Positions 39,223-48,292 of a DNA stretch of 49,270 nucleotides are shown here, one piece after another. A program made the position numbers and the translations under genes. The stretch covers positions 1 through 49,270 of the forward strand of contig CAVDZW010000085.1 in the NCBI GenBank assembly GCA_963613305.1, given 5' to 3'. Source of the DNA: a bacterium. GTDB taxonomy: Bacteria > Actinomycetota > Coriobacteriia > Coriobacteriales > Coriobacteriaceae. Position 1 is the first letter of the stretch; the number at the start of each line of letters is the position of its first letter. The notes beneath the pieces are model-generated. The model made no database searches. It saw only the letters and a list, made by a program, of their open reading frames with translations, and had not been told where the DNA came from.

Positions 39223-39945
39223 CTACCCAATCGGTTCGGTATAGGCGGCGCGATCGGTGCGCATCACGCGTTTTGAGATGTGCAAGGGCGCACCCGAGGT
39301 GTCGTTTACGTAATCGGTGACGAGCATGAGTGCCGTGTCACGTGCGACGTCGAGTAGAAACGCCTCATTGGGAGTCGCAAAGCAGACCTCAAACGTCTTG
39401 TGCCCGCGTCCCGGGGCGCGATGGAACAGTCGCCTCAGCGTTGCGTAGAGCGACCCCTCAAGATCCTCATCGACAAGGGAGCTGAACGCCAAAGGCAGAT
39501 AGGTCGTTTCGACGCAAAACGGTTCGCCGTCGAGATAGCGGAGCCGAACGAGCTTGACCAGCAAGGAGCCGGAGGCCACGCCAAAGAACCTTGCGGTTTT
39601 GCCCGTGACCTTGGTGCATTCGGCATCGACCACGCGCGCGGAGGCGACCGCGCCCTCTTTCTTGGATTTGCTCGTAAGGCTGATGAACGGCATCTCGTTC
39701 TCGTCGAGTGTCGGCACGTGGGCAACAAAGGCCCCGCGTCCGCGCTCTTTACGCAACAGGCCTTCGTCGACGAGCAGCTGAAGCGCCCGTCGAACCGTGC
39801 TGCGCGAGAAACCAGTCTCGGCCATCAGCTCTGCCTCGGAGGGGAGCTTGAATCCGAGCGGGTACAGGCCCGAGCGCATGCGAGAGCGAAGCGTTTTTGC
39901 CAGCTGTTCGTATCTGATTGTGCGCGGGGAGTTGGTATCATCCAT
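39223..39945 (-). CDS. GntR/HutC (FrlR-like) regulator 1
   Basis: LPSEAEL...SRSTVRRAL..L, RGRGAFV, UTRA domain. Confidence 0.88.
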   Translation of the reverse strand: MDDTNSPRTIRYEQLAKTLRSRMRSGLYPLGFKLPSEAELMAETGFSRSTVRRALQLLVDEGLLRKERGRGAFVAHVPTLDENEMPFISLTSKSKKEGAVASARVVDAECTKVTGKTARFFGVASGSLLVKLVRLRYLDGEPFCVETTYLPLAFSSLVDEDLEGSLYATLRRLFHRAPGRGHKTFEVCFATPNEAFLLDVARDTALMLVTDYVNDTSGAPLHISKRVMRTDRAAYTEPIG

Positions 39946-40145
39946 AGCAAGCCTGTATCTAACTTATATGGTAACTAAAACACGACATATATTTAAATCC
40001 CTAGATAAACGCATGTCAAATGCCTAGTTGGCTCAGATGCGGCAAAATCGAATTCAACAGTCTTAGATACAACAGCTAGACAGGTCTCGTCACGCTTTCT
40101 ATCTTCCGTGGTGTTGAGCGCACAGAAGAGAAAGGGTGATGCGCT

Positions 40146-41138
40146 ATGTCGTTGACAGCAGAAGTGAGCTCTCTGGTATCGGAGGTCTTAAAGGAGCGCG
40201 AGCAGGCGGGCGGTGTCGACCGCGTGGTATGGATCGGGGCCGGCGGTTCTAACGGCGGTAACTACCCCGCCCATTATTTTATGGAGCACGAGGCTACGGC
40301 AATTGTCTCGTCGATGTATACGAGCAGCGAGTTCGTTCATGCCGCTCCTGCTTACGTCGGTCCGCGCACGCTTGCGGTGGTCGTCTCTATGCGCGGAACG
40401 CCCGAGACTATCGAGGCCGCACGCGTAGCAAAGGAACGCGGCGCGGCGACGCTCGCAATCTACGTTGACGAATCCGGCCTTACTGAGGTGTGCGATCGCA
40501 AACTGCACTACGACAGCGTAGCCATTGACGAGTCCGACATGGGCCGCACCAACTCGGCGGCTGTACTCGATATCGCAATCGAGCTGGTGCAGCAGACGGA
40601 GGGCTACGCCGACTACGAAGACGCCGTTGCGGCATTTGCCCTCATCGATCCCATTTATCGCAAGGCGTTTGACTATGCTCAGCCGCTTGCGGCCCAGTGG
40701 GCTAAGCAGAACGCCGATAAGCCGACCATCAACGTGATGGCGCAGGGACCACTTTATGGCGCGGCATACATCTTCTCTATCTGCAACGTTCAAGAGATGC
40801 TGCAGATCGATTCGTGCACGATCAATACCTGCGATTTTTTCCACGGTCCGTTCGAGATTATCGACAAGCGCACCTCGCTGTTCCAGCTTGTCTCGGTAGG
40901 CCGCTCACGCGCCAACGATGAGCGCGGCACGGCCTTCCTGCGCAAGCACGGCGGCGAGCGCGTCTATCTTCTCGATGCGAAGGAGCTGGGCCTCAACGAC
41001 ATCAAGGACAGCGTGAGCGAGTACTTTAACCATCTGATTTTTGCGCCCATTCTCAACAATGTGTACATGCGGGCGCTTTCCGTCGTTACGCACAAGGACT
41101 ACACCACGCGCCGTTACATGTGGAAGGGCGGTTACTAG
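40146..41138 (+). CDS. SIS-domain fructosamine-6-phosphate deglycase, divergent FrlB-like
   Basis: GAGGS, S.RGTPET, EMLQI, DFFHGPFE, TRRYMWK. Confidence 0.82.
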   Translation: MSLTAEVSSLVSEVLKEREQAGGVDRVVWIGAGGSNGGNYPAHYFMEHEATAIVSSMYTSSEFVHAAPAYVGPRTLAVVVSMRGTPETIEAARVAKERGAATLAIYVDESGLTEVCDRKLHYDSVAIDESDMGRTNSAAVLDIAIELVQQTEGYADYEDAVAAFALIDPIYRKAFDYAQPLAAQWAKQNADKPTINVMAQGPLYGAAYIFSICNVQEMLQIDSCTINTCDFFHGPFEIIDKRTSLFQLVSVGRSRANDERGTAFLRKHGGERVYLLDAKELGLNDIKDSVSEYFNHLIFAPILNNVYMRALSVVTHKDYTTRRYMWKGGY

Positions 41139-41354
41139 TTTTCATCCCCATCAGGCCGTGGTACCGATCGACGTCGTGTCGGTCTCCCAAGTGGTCCGCC
41201 TGTGCTTCGCAAACCGCCGGAGCACAGGCACGGCAAAGCAAGGCTACTGAAGATAATTCGCTGAATCCTACCGCCGACCGTTTTTTGCTTGCGAAACATC
41301 TATAACGAATATAACGTATCCGAAACATGCTGGAAACAGAGGAGGGGCATGTAG

Positions 41355-42455
41355 ATGAAAGGCAATGCAACAAGGGGATATGCGATGGTCTTTGCGGCGG
41401 CGTGCCTGTGGGGCGCAATCGGCATATTCGTGAATGCTGCAACGGCGATGGGCCTGGCATCTCAGAGTACGGCGGCGCTTCGGTTGCTGTTTGGGGCAAT
41501 TGTGCTGGCGCCGGTTCTGATTCTGAGGCGCGGCCGTGGTTCTTCCACTCATGGTCAAGGACAGTCCGCGGCAATCTCGTCCGCGTTTCATCTGGGCAAA
41601 AAGGCATTCGTGCCCACGGCACTCGTGGGCACGGTGGGCCTGGCTTTGGCGAATTTCTTGTATTACGAGAGCATAGGCTCCGTAGGCATCTCGACCGCAT
41701 CCGTGCTGCTCTATACCTCGCCGATCTTTGCTACGGCACTGGGCCGCGTTCTCTACAAAGAGGAGATATGCGCGCAGAAGCTTGTCGCCGTGGGAATGAA
41801 CTTTGCCGGCTGCATTTTGACGGTCACGAATGGCGGTTTCCTTGCATTCGAGTTCTCATGGTACGGCGTTCTTGCGGGCGTGGGTGCCGCGTTGGGAGGA
41901 GCCCTTTTGGCGATATTCAGCAGCAAGGCCTCTGCAGAAGAGGATCCTCTTGCGGTGACGTTTTGGGCATTTGTAGTGGGCGCCGTGTTTATGGGAGCCG
42001 TCTCGTTTCCGTGGAACGATGTGCGGCAGGCCATGAGTCTCCAGCTCATATTGCTGTTCGGAGCGTTTGGCACCATATCTACGGCACTTGCCTACATCTT
42101 GTACATGACAGGCTTAGCACATGGGCTCGAGGCTTCCAAGGTCCCCGTGGTGGCTTCGGCCGAGACGGCTGTAGCCGCCGTGATCGGGATCGCGCTGTAC
42201 GGCGAGCAAGCCGGCGCGATAAAGGTGCTCGGAATCTGCATGGTGCTCGCGTCGATCCTGGTCATGAACATGACGTCTCGCAGGCAAGCCCGCTTGGCAT
42301 TCGGGGGATACGCGCGCGAATCTTTTGGCTTTAGCTCGAACGGCTGGCAGCGCGAAAAAGAAGACGAGCTGCGCCTTTTGCGCGAGCGCCTTGCGTCGGC
42401 CGGGGGAGTCTCGGAGTATCAGGATTCGTGGAAGAGCTGGCTTTACGTGCGGTAA
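41355..42455 (+). CDS. EamA/DMT-family transporter with a C-terminal extension
   Basis: AACLWG, ASVLLYTSPIF, AYILY..GL, EASK...VAS.E; about ten TM helices. RBS ggagg. Confidence 0.85.
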   Translation: MKGNATRGYAMVFAAACLWGAIGIFVNAATAMGLASQSTAALRLLFGAIVLAPVLILRRGRGSSTHGQGQSAAISSAFHLGKKAFVPTALVGTVGLALANFLYYESIGSVGISTASVLLYTSPIFATALGRVLYKEEICAQKLVAVGMNFAGCILTVTNGGFLAFEFSWYGVLAGVGAALGGALLAIFSSKASAEEDPLAVTFWAFVVGAVFMGAVSFPWNDVRQAMSLQLILLFGAFGTISTALAYILYMTGLAHGLEASKVPVVASAETAVAAVIGIALYGEQAGAIKVLGICMVLASILVMNMTSRRQARLAFGGYARESFGFSSNGWQREKEDELRLLRERLASAGGVSEYQDSWKSWLYVR

Positions 42456-42703
42456 TGTTGGCTTTTGCAGCATACGACCGCGTCGGGCGCGCTTTTGATC
42501 CGAGCGAGGCTCTTCGGCTTAATGGCGTCGAAAGCAGGGCGAACGCCCTCTGACAAACCGCGTTCCTTGTTCATGTTCGCAATGTAACAGGTACGTAAAC
42601 GCGGCAAACGGTAGAAAACGGCAGATAAACGGCGACTAGAATAACCGACAGTTTTATAACGCATAAGACGTTATAATGACCATAACGAAAAGGAGGAGGC
42701 AAG

Positions 42704-43627
42704 ATGAATCAGATCATTCTGGCATCTCACGGCGGCCTGGCGGCAGGCGCTAAAGACACGCTCGAGATGGTCCTCGGCAATGTGTCCAATGTTCATGTCG
42801 TCTCGCTTGCTCGTGACGACAAAGAGCCCATCGCCAATAAGGTCGAGGCTCTTATCGCTACGTTCAACGCGGACGACGCCGTCTACGTCCTGACCGACAT
42901 GCTCGGCAGCTCGGTCAACAACAACGTGGTCGAGCTTTCGAAGAAGGGCACCGCGTTCACGGTGATCAGCGGTTTCAACATCCCGCTGGCGCTTACGCTC
43001 GCCGTGAGCCCCACGCCCGTCAAGGGGGCCGAACTCACGGCGCTCATCAACGAGGCCCGCGGCGGACTCGTCAACCCCAATGCGCCGCAGGATGTCGCTG
43101 CTCCTGCAAACAAGAAGGGCAAGCCCGCGAGCCGTGGCGCCGGCCCTGCCAAGATCGTTCTCGCACGTCTTGACTACCGACTGCTGCACGGCCAGGTCGT
43201 CTTTACCTGGACCAGCAAGGTCCAGGCCGAGCGCATCATCGTCGTCGACAACGCCGCTGCCAACGACGACCTCAAGAAGGGTGCCCTCAAGCTGGCTAAG
43301 CCGCAGGGCGTGCGTCTCAACGTTTTTACCGTCGAGCGCGCCCTCTCCAAAATGGAAAAGCTCAACACGCTCGGTGAGCGCGTCATGTTCATCTTTGGCA
43401 ACACGTCCGAGATGCTCGAGTTTTGCGAGGGCTACAAGCTCGATGCCATCAACTTGGGCGCCACCGCCAACCATGATGGCGCCGAGCAGGTCGGCGGCTC
43501 CGACAGCTCCGTCTTTTTTGACGCTTCCCAAAAGACCGACGTCAACCGACTGCTCGATATGGGCGTCAAGCTCTATGTCCAGCAGACCCCGACGTATCAG
43601 CGCGTCGATATCAGCGCAACGTTGTAA
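42704..43627 (+). CDS. Mannose-class PTS EIIAB
   Basis: ILASHG, TDMLGSSV, linker, RLDYRLLHGQV. Confidence 0.93.
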   Translation: MNQIILASHGGLAAGAKDTLEMVLGNVSNVHVVSLARDDKEPIANKVEALIATFNADDAVYVLTDMLGSSVNNNVVELSKKGTAFTVISGFNIPLALTLAVSPTPVKGAELTALINEARGGLVNPNAPQDVAAPANKKGKPASRGAGPAKIVLARLDYRLLHGQVVFTWTSKVQAERIIVVDNAAANDDLKKGALKLAKPQGVRLNVFTVERALSKMEKLNTLGERVMFIFGNTSEMLEFCEGYKLDAINLGATANHDGAEQVGGSDSSVFFDASQKTDVNRLLDMGVKLYVQQTPTYQRVDISATL

Positions 43628-43666
43628 GCAATCGGGTGCCTGTCACCCGCATGAAAGGAGAAGGGT

Positions 43667-44461
43667 ATGAATACGTTCATCAGTGCGGTGCTCGTCGGCC
43701 TTGTCGGCGTGTTCTGCATGTGGGACTCCCGTTTGCTGGGACGCCTCAATTTTGAGCAGCCGCTCGTCGGTGCCACGCTCGTTGGCCTGCTGCTGGGCGA
43801 TGTTCCCACCGGCCTTGCCGTCGGAGCTGCAGTCGAGCTCGTGTCCATGGGCTTGGTGCAGGTTGGTGCCGCTGTTCCGCCCGATATGGTACTGGGCGGC
43901 ATCGTCGCCGCGGCCTTTGCCTGCCTGACCGGCGCCTCCGCCGAGACCGCCATGACGATCGCCATTCCGGTCGCCGTCCTGGGCCAGCTGCTCGGCATCG
44001 TGTTCCGCTCCATCATCGCCGCACTCACCCATGTGGCCGACGACGCGATCGACAAGGGCCATTTTAAGACCGCCTATCGCATGCATATCTGCGCCGGCTC
44101 CGGTCTTTATGCCCTCATGTACTTCCTGCCGATCTTCCTGGCCGTCTTTGTGGGCACCGACCTGGTCCAGACTATCGTCGATATGATTCCCGACTGGCTC
44201 TCCAGCGGCCTCAACGTCTCTACGCAGATCATGACCGCCTACGGTTTGGCGCTGCTCCTCACCATGATGATCAAGAAGGACATGATCCCGTTCCTGTTCA
44301 TCGGCTTTTTGCTTGCCGCCTATCTCAACCTGTCCGTCATCGCGATCGCGCTGATCGGCAGCTGCCTGGCCATCGTGTTCATGGGCTTCAAGTTCAACGG
44401 TGCTCATGCGCTTGCCGGCGCCGATGCTGACCATGATCCGCTCGAAGACGACGAAGACTAA
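43667..44461 (+). CDS. Mannose-class PTS EIIC
   Basis: QPLVGATLVG, VGAAVPPD, IAIPVA. Confidence 0.93.
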   Translation: MNTFISAVLVGLVGVFCMWDSRLLGRLNFEQPLVGATLVGLLLGDVPTGLAVGAAVELVSMGLVQVGAAVPPDMVLGGIVAAAFACLTGASAETAMTIAIPVAVLGQLLGIVFRSIIAALTHVADDAIDKGHFKTAYRMHICAGSGLYALMYFLPIFLAVFVGTDLVQTIVDMIPDWLSSGLNVSTQIMTAYGLALLLTMMIKKDMIPFLFIGFLLAAYLNLSVIAIALIGSCLAIVFMGFKFNGAHALAGADADHDPLEDDED

Positions 44462-44474
44462 GGAGGAGACGCTC

Positions 44475-45317
44475 ATGGCAACCAATACATCCGCAACCAC
44501 CGAAGTGTCCCTGAACAAGAAGGTCAGCCAGTTCTTCTGGCGCTCCTGGACCATCCAGGCCTCTTGGAACTACGAGCGCCAGATGAACATGGGCTTCCTC
44601 TATGGCATGGTGCCGACGCTCGATCGTCTCTATCCTGACGAGTCGGACCCCAAGCAGCTCGCCGCCAAAAAAGAGGCCTACCACCGTCACATGGCGTTCT
44701 ACAACTGCACCCCGCAGACGAGCGCTTTTGTCTTGGGTCTCGCTTCTTCCATGGAGGAGGAGTACGCCCGCGATCCCGAGAACTTCGACCCCGATTCGAT
44801 CAACGCGGTCAAGACCTCGCTCATGGGGCCGCTTTCTGGCGTCGGTGACTCCGTCTTTCAGGGCACTATTCGCGTTATCGCTTTTGGTCTCGGCGTCCAG
44901 CTCGCTCAGCAGGGCTCCGTTATGGGCCCGATCTTGGCCATGATTATCTCGATCGTGCCCTCGGTGCTCATCACCTGGTTCGCCGCAAAGCTCGGCTACC
45001 AGGGCGGTCATCAGTACCTTTCTAAGCTGCAGTCGGGCGACCTCATGGAAAAGCTCATGTATGTCTGCGGCATCGTGGGTCTTATGTCCGTGGGCGGCAT
45101 GATCGCCACCCTGATCGGTTCCACCACGCCGCTTCAGTTCGCCGACGGCAGCGTCGTTATCCAAGACATCCTCGACGGCATGATGCCCCAGATGATCCCG
45201 CTCGCGCTCACCGGTCTTATGTATGCGCTCATCAAAAAGAACGTCAATACCGGATGGCTTCTGCTCATCGCCATCGTGGGTGGCGTGGCGCTTTCGGCGG
45301 CTGGCATCCTGGCCTAA
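44475..45317 (+). CDS. Mannose-class PTS EIID
   Basis: SWNYERQMN, FYNCTP, KTSLMGPLSGVGDS. RBS aggagg. Confidence 0.93.
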   Translation: MATNTSATTEVSLNKKVSQFFWRSWTIQASWNYERQMNMGFLYGMVPTLDRLYPDESDPKQLAAKKEAYHRHMAFYNCTPQTSAFVLGLASSMEEEYARDPENFDPDSINAVKTSLMGPLSGVGDSVFQGTIRVIAFGLGVQLAQQGSVMGPILAMIISIVPSVLITWFAAKLGYQGGHQYLSKLQSGDLMEKLMYVCGIVGLMSVGGMIATLIGSTTPLQFADGSVVIQDILDGMMPQMIPLALTGLMYALIKKNVNTGWLLLIAIVGGVALSAAGILA

Positions 45318-45509
45318 AGCCCGCTTTTCTCTGCGACTGCTGCTCGCAACCCTCCGTCGCATATGGGTTCGGGCACGTCGATATACGGCGGGGTGAGCCC
45401 CAATGAACTGCCTCGCCCCGCCCTCCCCTCGGTTTTACAAATGTCGTGCATGGTGCCCCGCTGTGGGTGCGTGGGTCCTGCCGGCAAGAAAAGAAAGGAT
45501 TTGCATCCG

Positions 45510-46493
45510 ATGTACGAGATCGACCTCAACCTCCCCAAGCAGATCGTCGCTGACGTGCTGTCCGATCACGAGATCCGCAGCGTTGCATTTGTCGGCTGCG
45601 GCGCCTCCATGTCCGATCTCTATCCGGCCAAGTACTTCTTGGCCAACAACACGGACAAGCTGAATGTTCAGATCTTCACCGCCAACGAGTTCAACTACGA
45701 CACGCCCTCCTGGGTCGGCGAGCACACCTTTGTGATCACTTGCTCGCTCGGTGGCGCCACGCCCGAGACCGTCGAGGCCAACAAGACCGCCAAGAAGCGC
45801 GGCTGCCCGCTCGTCTCGCTCACTCACAACGCCGGCTCGCCGCTGACCGTCGATGCCGACCACGTGATCGTCCACGGGTTCGACGCCAACTTTGCCGCCA
45901 AGTGCGAGAAGCCCGGTTACGCCCTTACGCTGGCGCTCGAGATCCTTCAGCAGACCGAGGGCTATGAGCACTACGACGACATGATCTCCGGCCTCACCAG
46001 CGTCTTCGAGCTGTGCCAGAATGCCGCGGTTTCGAGCGAGAAGCTCGCCAAGAAGTTCGCCGAGGACTTCAAGGACGACGAGATGGTCTACTTCATGGCC
46101 TCGGGAGCTTCGGAGAAGATGGCCTACTCCCACGCGGCTTTCCTGTTCACCGAGATGCAGTGGATCGATGCTGCCGCCTACAACACTGGCGAGTACTTCC
46201 ACGGTCCGTTTGAGGTCTCGACCCCGGGCAAGCCCTACATCTTCTTTATGTCCGAGGGCGCTACCCGCCCGATGGACGCCCGCGCCCTCACGTTCCTCGA
46301 GCGCATGGGAGCCAAGGTCGCGCTGATCGACTCCAAGGACTATGGCCTGGCCAGCGCCGTGCCCGCGAGCGTTATCACCTACTTCAACCCGCTCCTGCAT
46401 CTTGCCGTCATGCGTGAGTACGGTAACCAGCTCGCCGAGCTTCGCCAGCACCCGCTGACCATGCGTCGCTACATGTGGAAGCTCACCTACTAA
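45510..46493 (+). CDS. frlB: Fructoselysine-6-phosphate deglycase-like SIS protein
   Basis: VGCGAS, GATPETV, EMQWI, GEYFHGPFE, HPLTMRRYMWK. Confidence 0.87.
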   Translation: MYEIDLNLPKQIVADVLSDHEIRSVAFVGCGASMSDLYPAKYFLANNTDKLNVQIFTANEFNYDTPSWVGEHTFVITCSLGGATPETVEANKTAKKRGCPLVSLTHNAGSPLTVDADHVIVHGFDANFAAKCEKPGYALTLALEILQQTEGYEHYDDMISGLTSVFELCQNAAVSSEKLAKKFAEDFKDDEMVYFMASGASEKMAYSHAAFLFTEMQWIDAAAYNTGEYFHGPFEVSTPGKPYIFFMSEGATRPMDARALTFLERMGAKVALIDSKDYGLASAVPASVITYFNPLLHLAVMREYGNQLAELRQHPLTMRRYMWKLTY

Positions 46494-46554
46494 GCAAAAG
46501 CTCGCGGTTTGGCCGAGTGCGGGTTTGCTGAACCGCGCAAAGGCTTAACGCCGC

Positions 46555-46656
46555 AAGCGCCCCGGCGTGGCAACCTGACGCTCCCTCTTCGCCTGTGCAC
46601 ACGAGGTGCCCGGCGCTCCTCTTTCGCGTCATCTTGCCTGCGCCGGGGCGCTTTTT
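46555..46656 (+). terminator. Long rod-like stem-loop ending in a U-tract after frlB
   Basis: aagcgccccggcgtggcaa ... ttgcctgcgccggggcgctt-ttt. Confidence 0.6.
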
Positions 46657-46762
46657 CGATTGCGGCAAAACGTCGGTATTCAGGGGTCGGTTTAGAGCGG
46701 GGCCCGCGGCGCAATAAATCGATTTTATGTGCGCCTGCGCCTGCCGGGAGATGGGAGTTGCC

Positions 46763-47401
46763 ATGATCAAGGCCGTTTTGTTCGATATGGATGGCGTGCT
46801 GGTAGATACCGAATGGTTCTACAACCGTCGTCGTATCGCCTTTATGGAGGAGCAGGGGTTTGAGTTTGAGGAGATACCCGACTTTTCGGGTTCCAACGAC
46901 GTTGCGATTTGGGAGGCGTTGGTGCCGGACGATCTGAAGCTGCGGGAGCGCTTGCACCACGAATACCGCGACGTGTACAGCCCTGCTCATCCCGTTCCCT
47001 ACGAGGAGCTGCTCAATCGCGACGCAGCGCCCGTGATGCGCGCGCTCAAAGAGCACGGCGTTCTCTGCGCCATCGCGAGTTCGTCGTATCGCGACCTTAT
47101 CGAGGCGCTGGTCGATACCGTGGGACTGGGCTGTCTGCTCGATTTTGTGATAAGCGGCCATGAGTGCGCCGCGTTCAAGCCCGATCCCGAGATCTATCTC
47201 CGTGCCATGGAAGCGCTTGGAGTCGCCCCCGAGGAGTGCCTGGTTATCGAGGACTCGCCGCTGGGTATTGAGGCGGGCGTCCGTGCGGGGGCGCGGGTGC
47301 TGGCGCTGCGTCCGCATGCGGGCGTTTCGCTCGATCAGCATGCCGCGCACCGGATCATCGACTCGCTTTGGGCGATTCTTGACGAGCTGGACGCAAGATA
47401 A
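46763..47401 (+). CDS. HAD-superfamily phosphatase (beta-PGM/CbbY-like)
   Basis: FDMDGVLVDTE, ASSS, KPDPEIY, IEDSPLGI. Confidence 0.9.
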   Translation: MIKAVLFDMDGVLVDTEWFYNRRRIAFMEEQGFEFEEIPDFSGSNDVAIWEALVPDDLKLRERLHHEYRDVYSPAHPVPYEELLNRDAAPVMRALKEHGVLCAIASSSYRDLIEALVDTVGLGCLLDFVISGHECAAFKPDPEIYLRAMEALGVAPEECLVIEDSPLGIEAGVRAGARVLALRPHAGVSLDQHAAHRIIDSLWAILDELDAR

Positions 47402-47499
47402 CGAAGCATTTTCTGGGCGTTTGCGGGTATCATTGCCAAACGTATATAACGTATGCAATATCTTACCGACTCGCATTGCTTTGATACAGGGAGCTTCGT

Positions 47500-48219
47500 A
47501 TGGCCGCGTCAAAATCCACCCCGCTCTACCAGCAAATTTACGATGAACTGAAAGAGGCGATCGAGCGCGGTGAGTATGCACCGAAGGAGCGCATTCCCTC
47601 GGAGCCGGAGTTGGCCGAAAAGTACGAGGTCAGCCGCATTACCGTGCGCCGCGCCGTCGAGGAGCTGTGCGGCGACGGCTATTTGGTCAAGCAGCAGGGG
47701 CGCGGCACGTTTGTGAGCGCCCCGCACATCAACCGCCGCCTGTATGCCGAGGCGCCGCGTGGGTTCACCGATGTCTGCGCCGATAACGGCATGACGGCCG
47801 GAGCGCATGTGGTCGACCGCCAGATCGTGCCTATCCGCCAAAACGAGATGGAGTTCTTCGGCCTGGATAAGGATGCGCTCATGTTGCATATCAAGCGCGT
47901 GCGTACGGCCGATGGCGAGCCTATCTTCGAAGAGAACATCTTTGCTCCTTACGAGCGTTTTCGCGACCTGCTCACGGCCGACCTCGAGAACAGGTCGATT
48001 TTTGACGAGATCTATCGTATCTCTGGCACAAAGGTGTCGGGTAACGGCGACCGTCAGGTCGAGGCTGTGCGCGCCAAGGCCGAGCAGGCTTCTGAGCTGG
48101 GCATCGCTCCGCACGATCCGCTGCTCTACCTGTATACCTGCTTTACGGGCGAGCACGGTGAGCCGCTTTGTATCGGGCGTCAGTACTACGTGGGCAGCCG
48201 TTACGTGTTCGTGATCTAG
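47500..48219 (+). CDS. GntR/HutC (FrlR-like) regulator 2
   Basis: PLYQQI, IPSEPEL, VSRITVRRA, QGRGTFV, UTRA domain. Confidence 0.9.
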   Translation: MAASKSTPLYQQIYDELKEAIERGEYAPKERIPSEPELAEKYEVSRITVRRAVEELCGDGYLVKQQGRGTFVSAPHINRRLYAEAPRGFTDVCADNGMTAGAHVVDRQIVPIRQNEMEFFGLDKDALMLHIKRVRTADGEPIFEENIFAPYERFRDLLTADLENRSIFDEIYRISGTKVSGNGDRQVEAVRAKAEQASELGIAPHDPLLYLYTCFTGEHGEPLCIGRQYYVGSRYVFVI

Positions 48220-48292
48220 CGCTTTGCCGGATGCGTCCGGACCGCGGCGTATAATCGTTCGCACTGAAAGCAGGCGAACGGGGGCGGACGGC

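Noticed and set aside
42605..42632. Three aaacgg repeats upstream of the PTS operon
   Set aside because: Short and degenerate; cannot be distinguished from chance or slippage.
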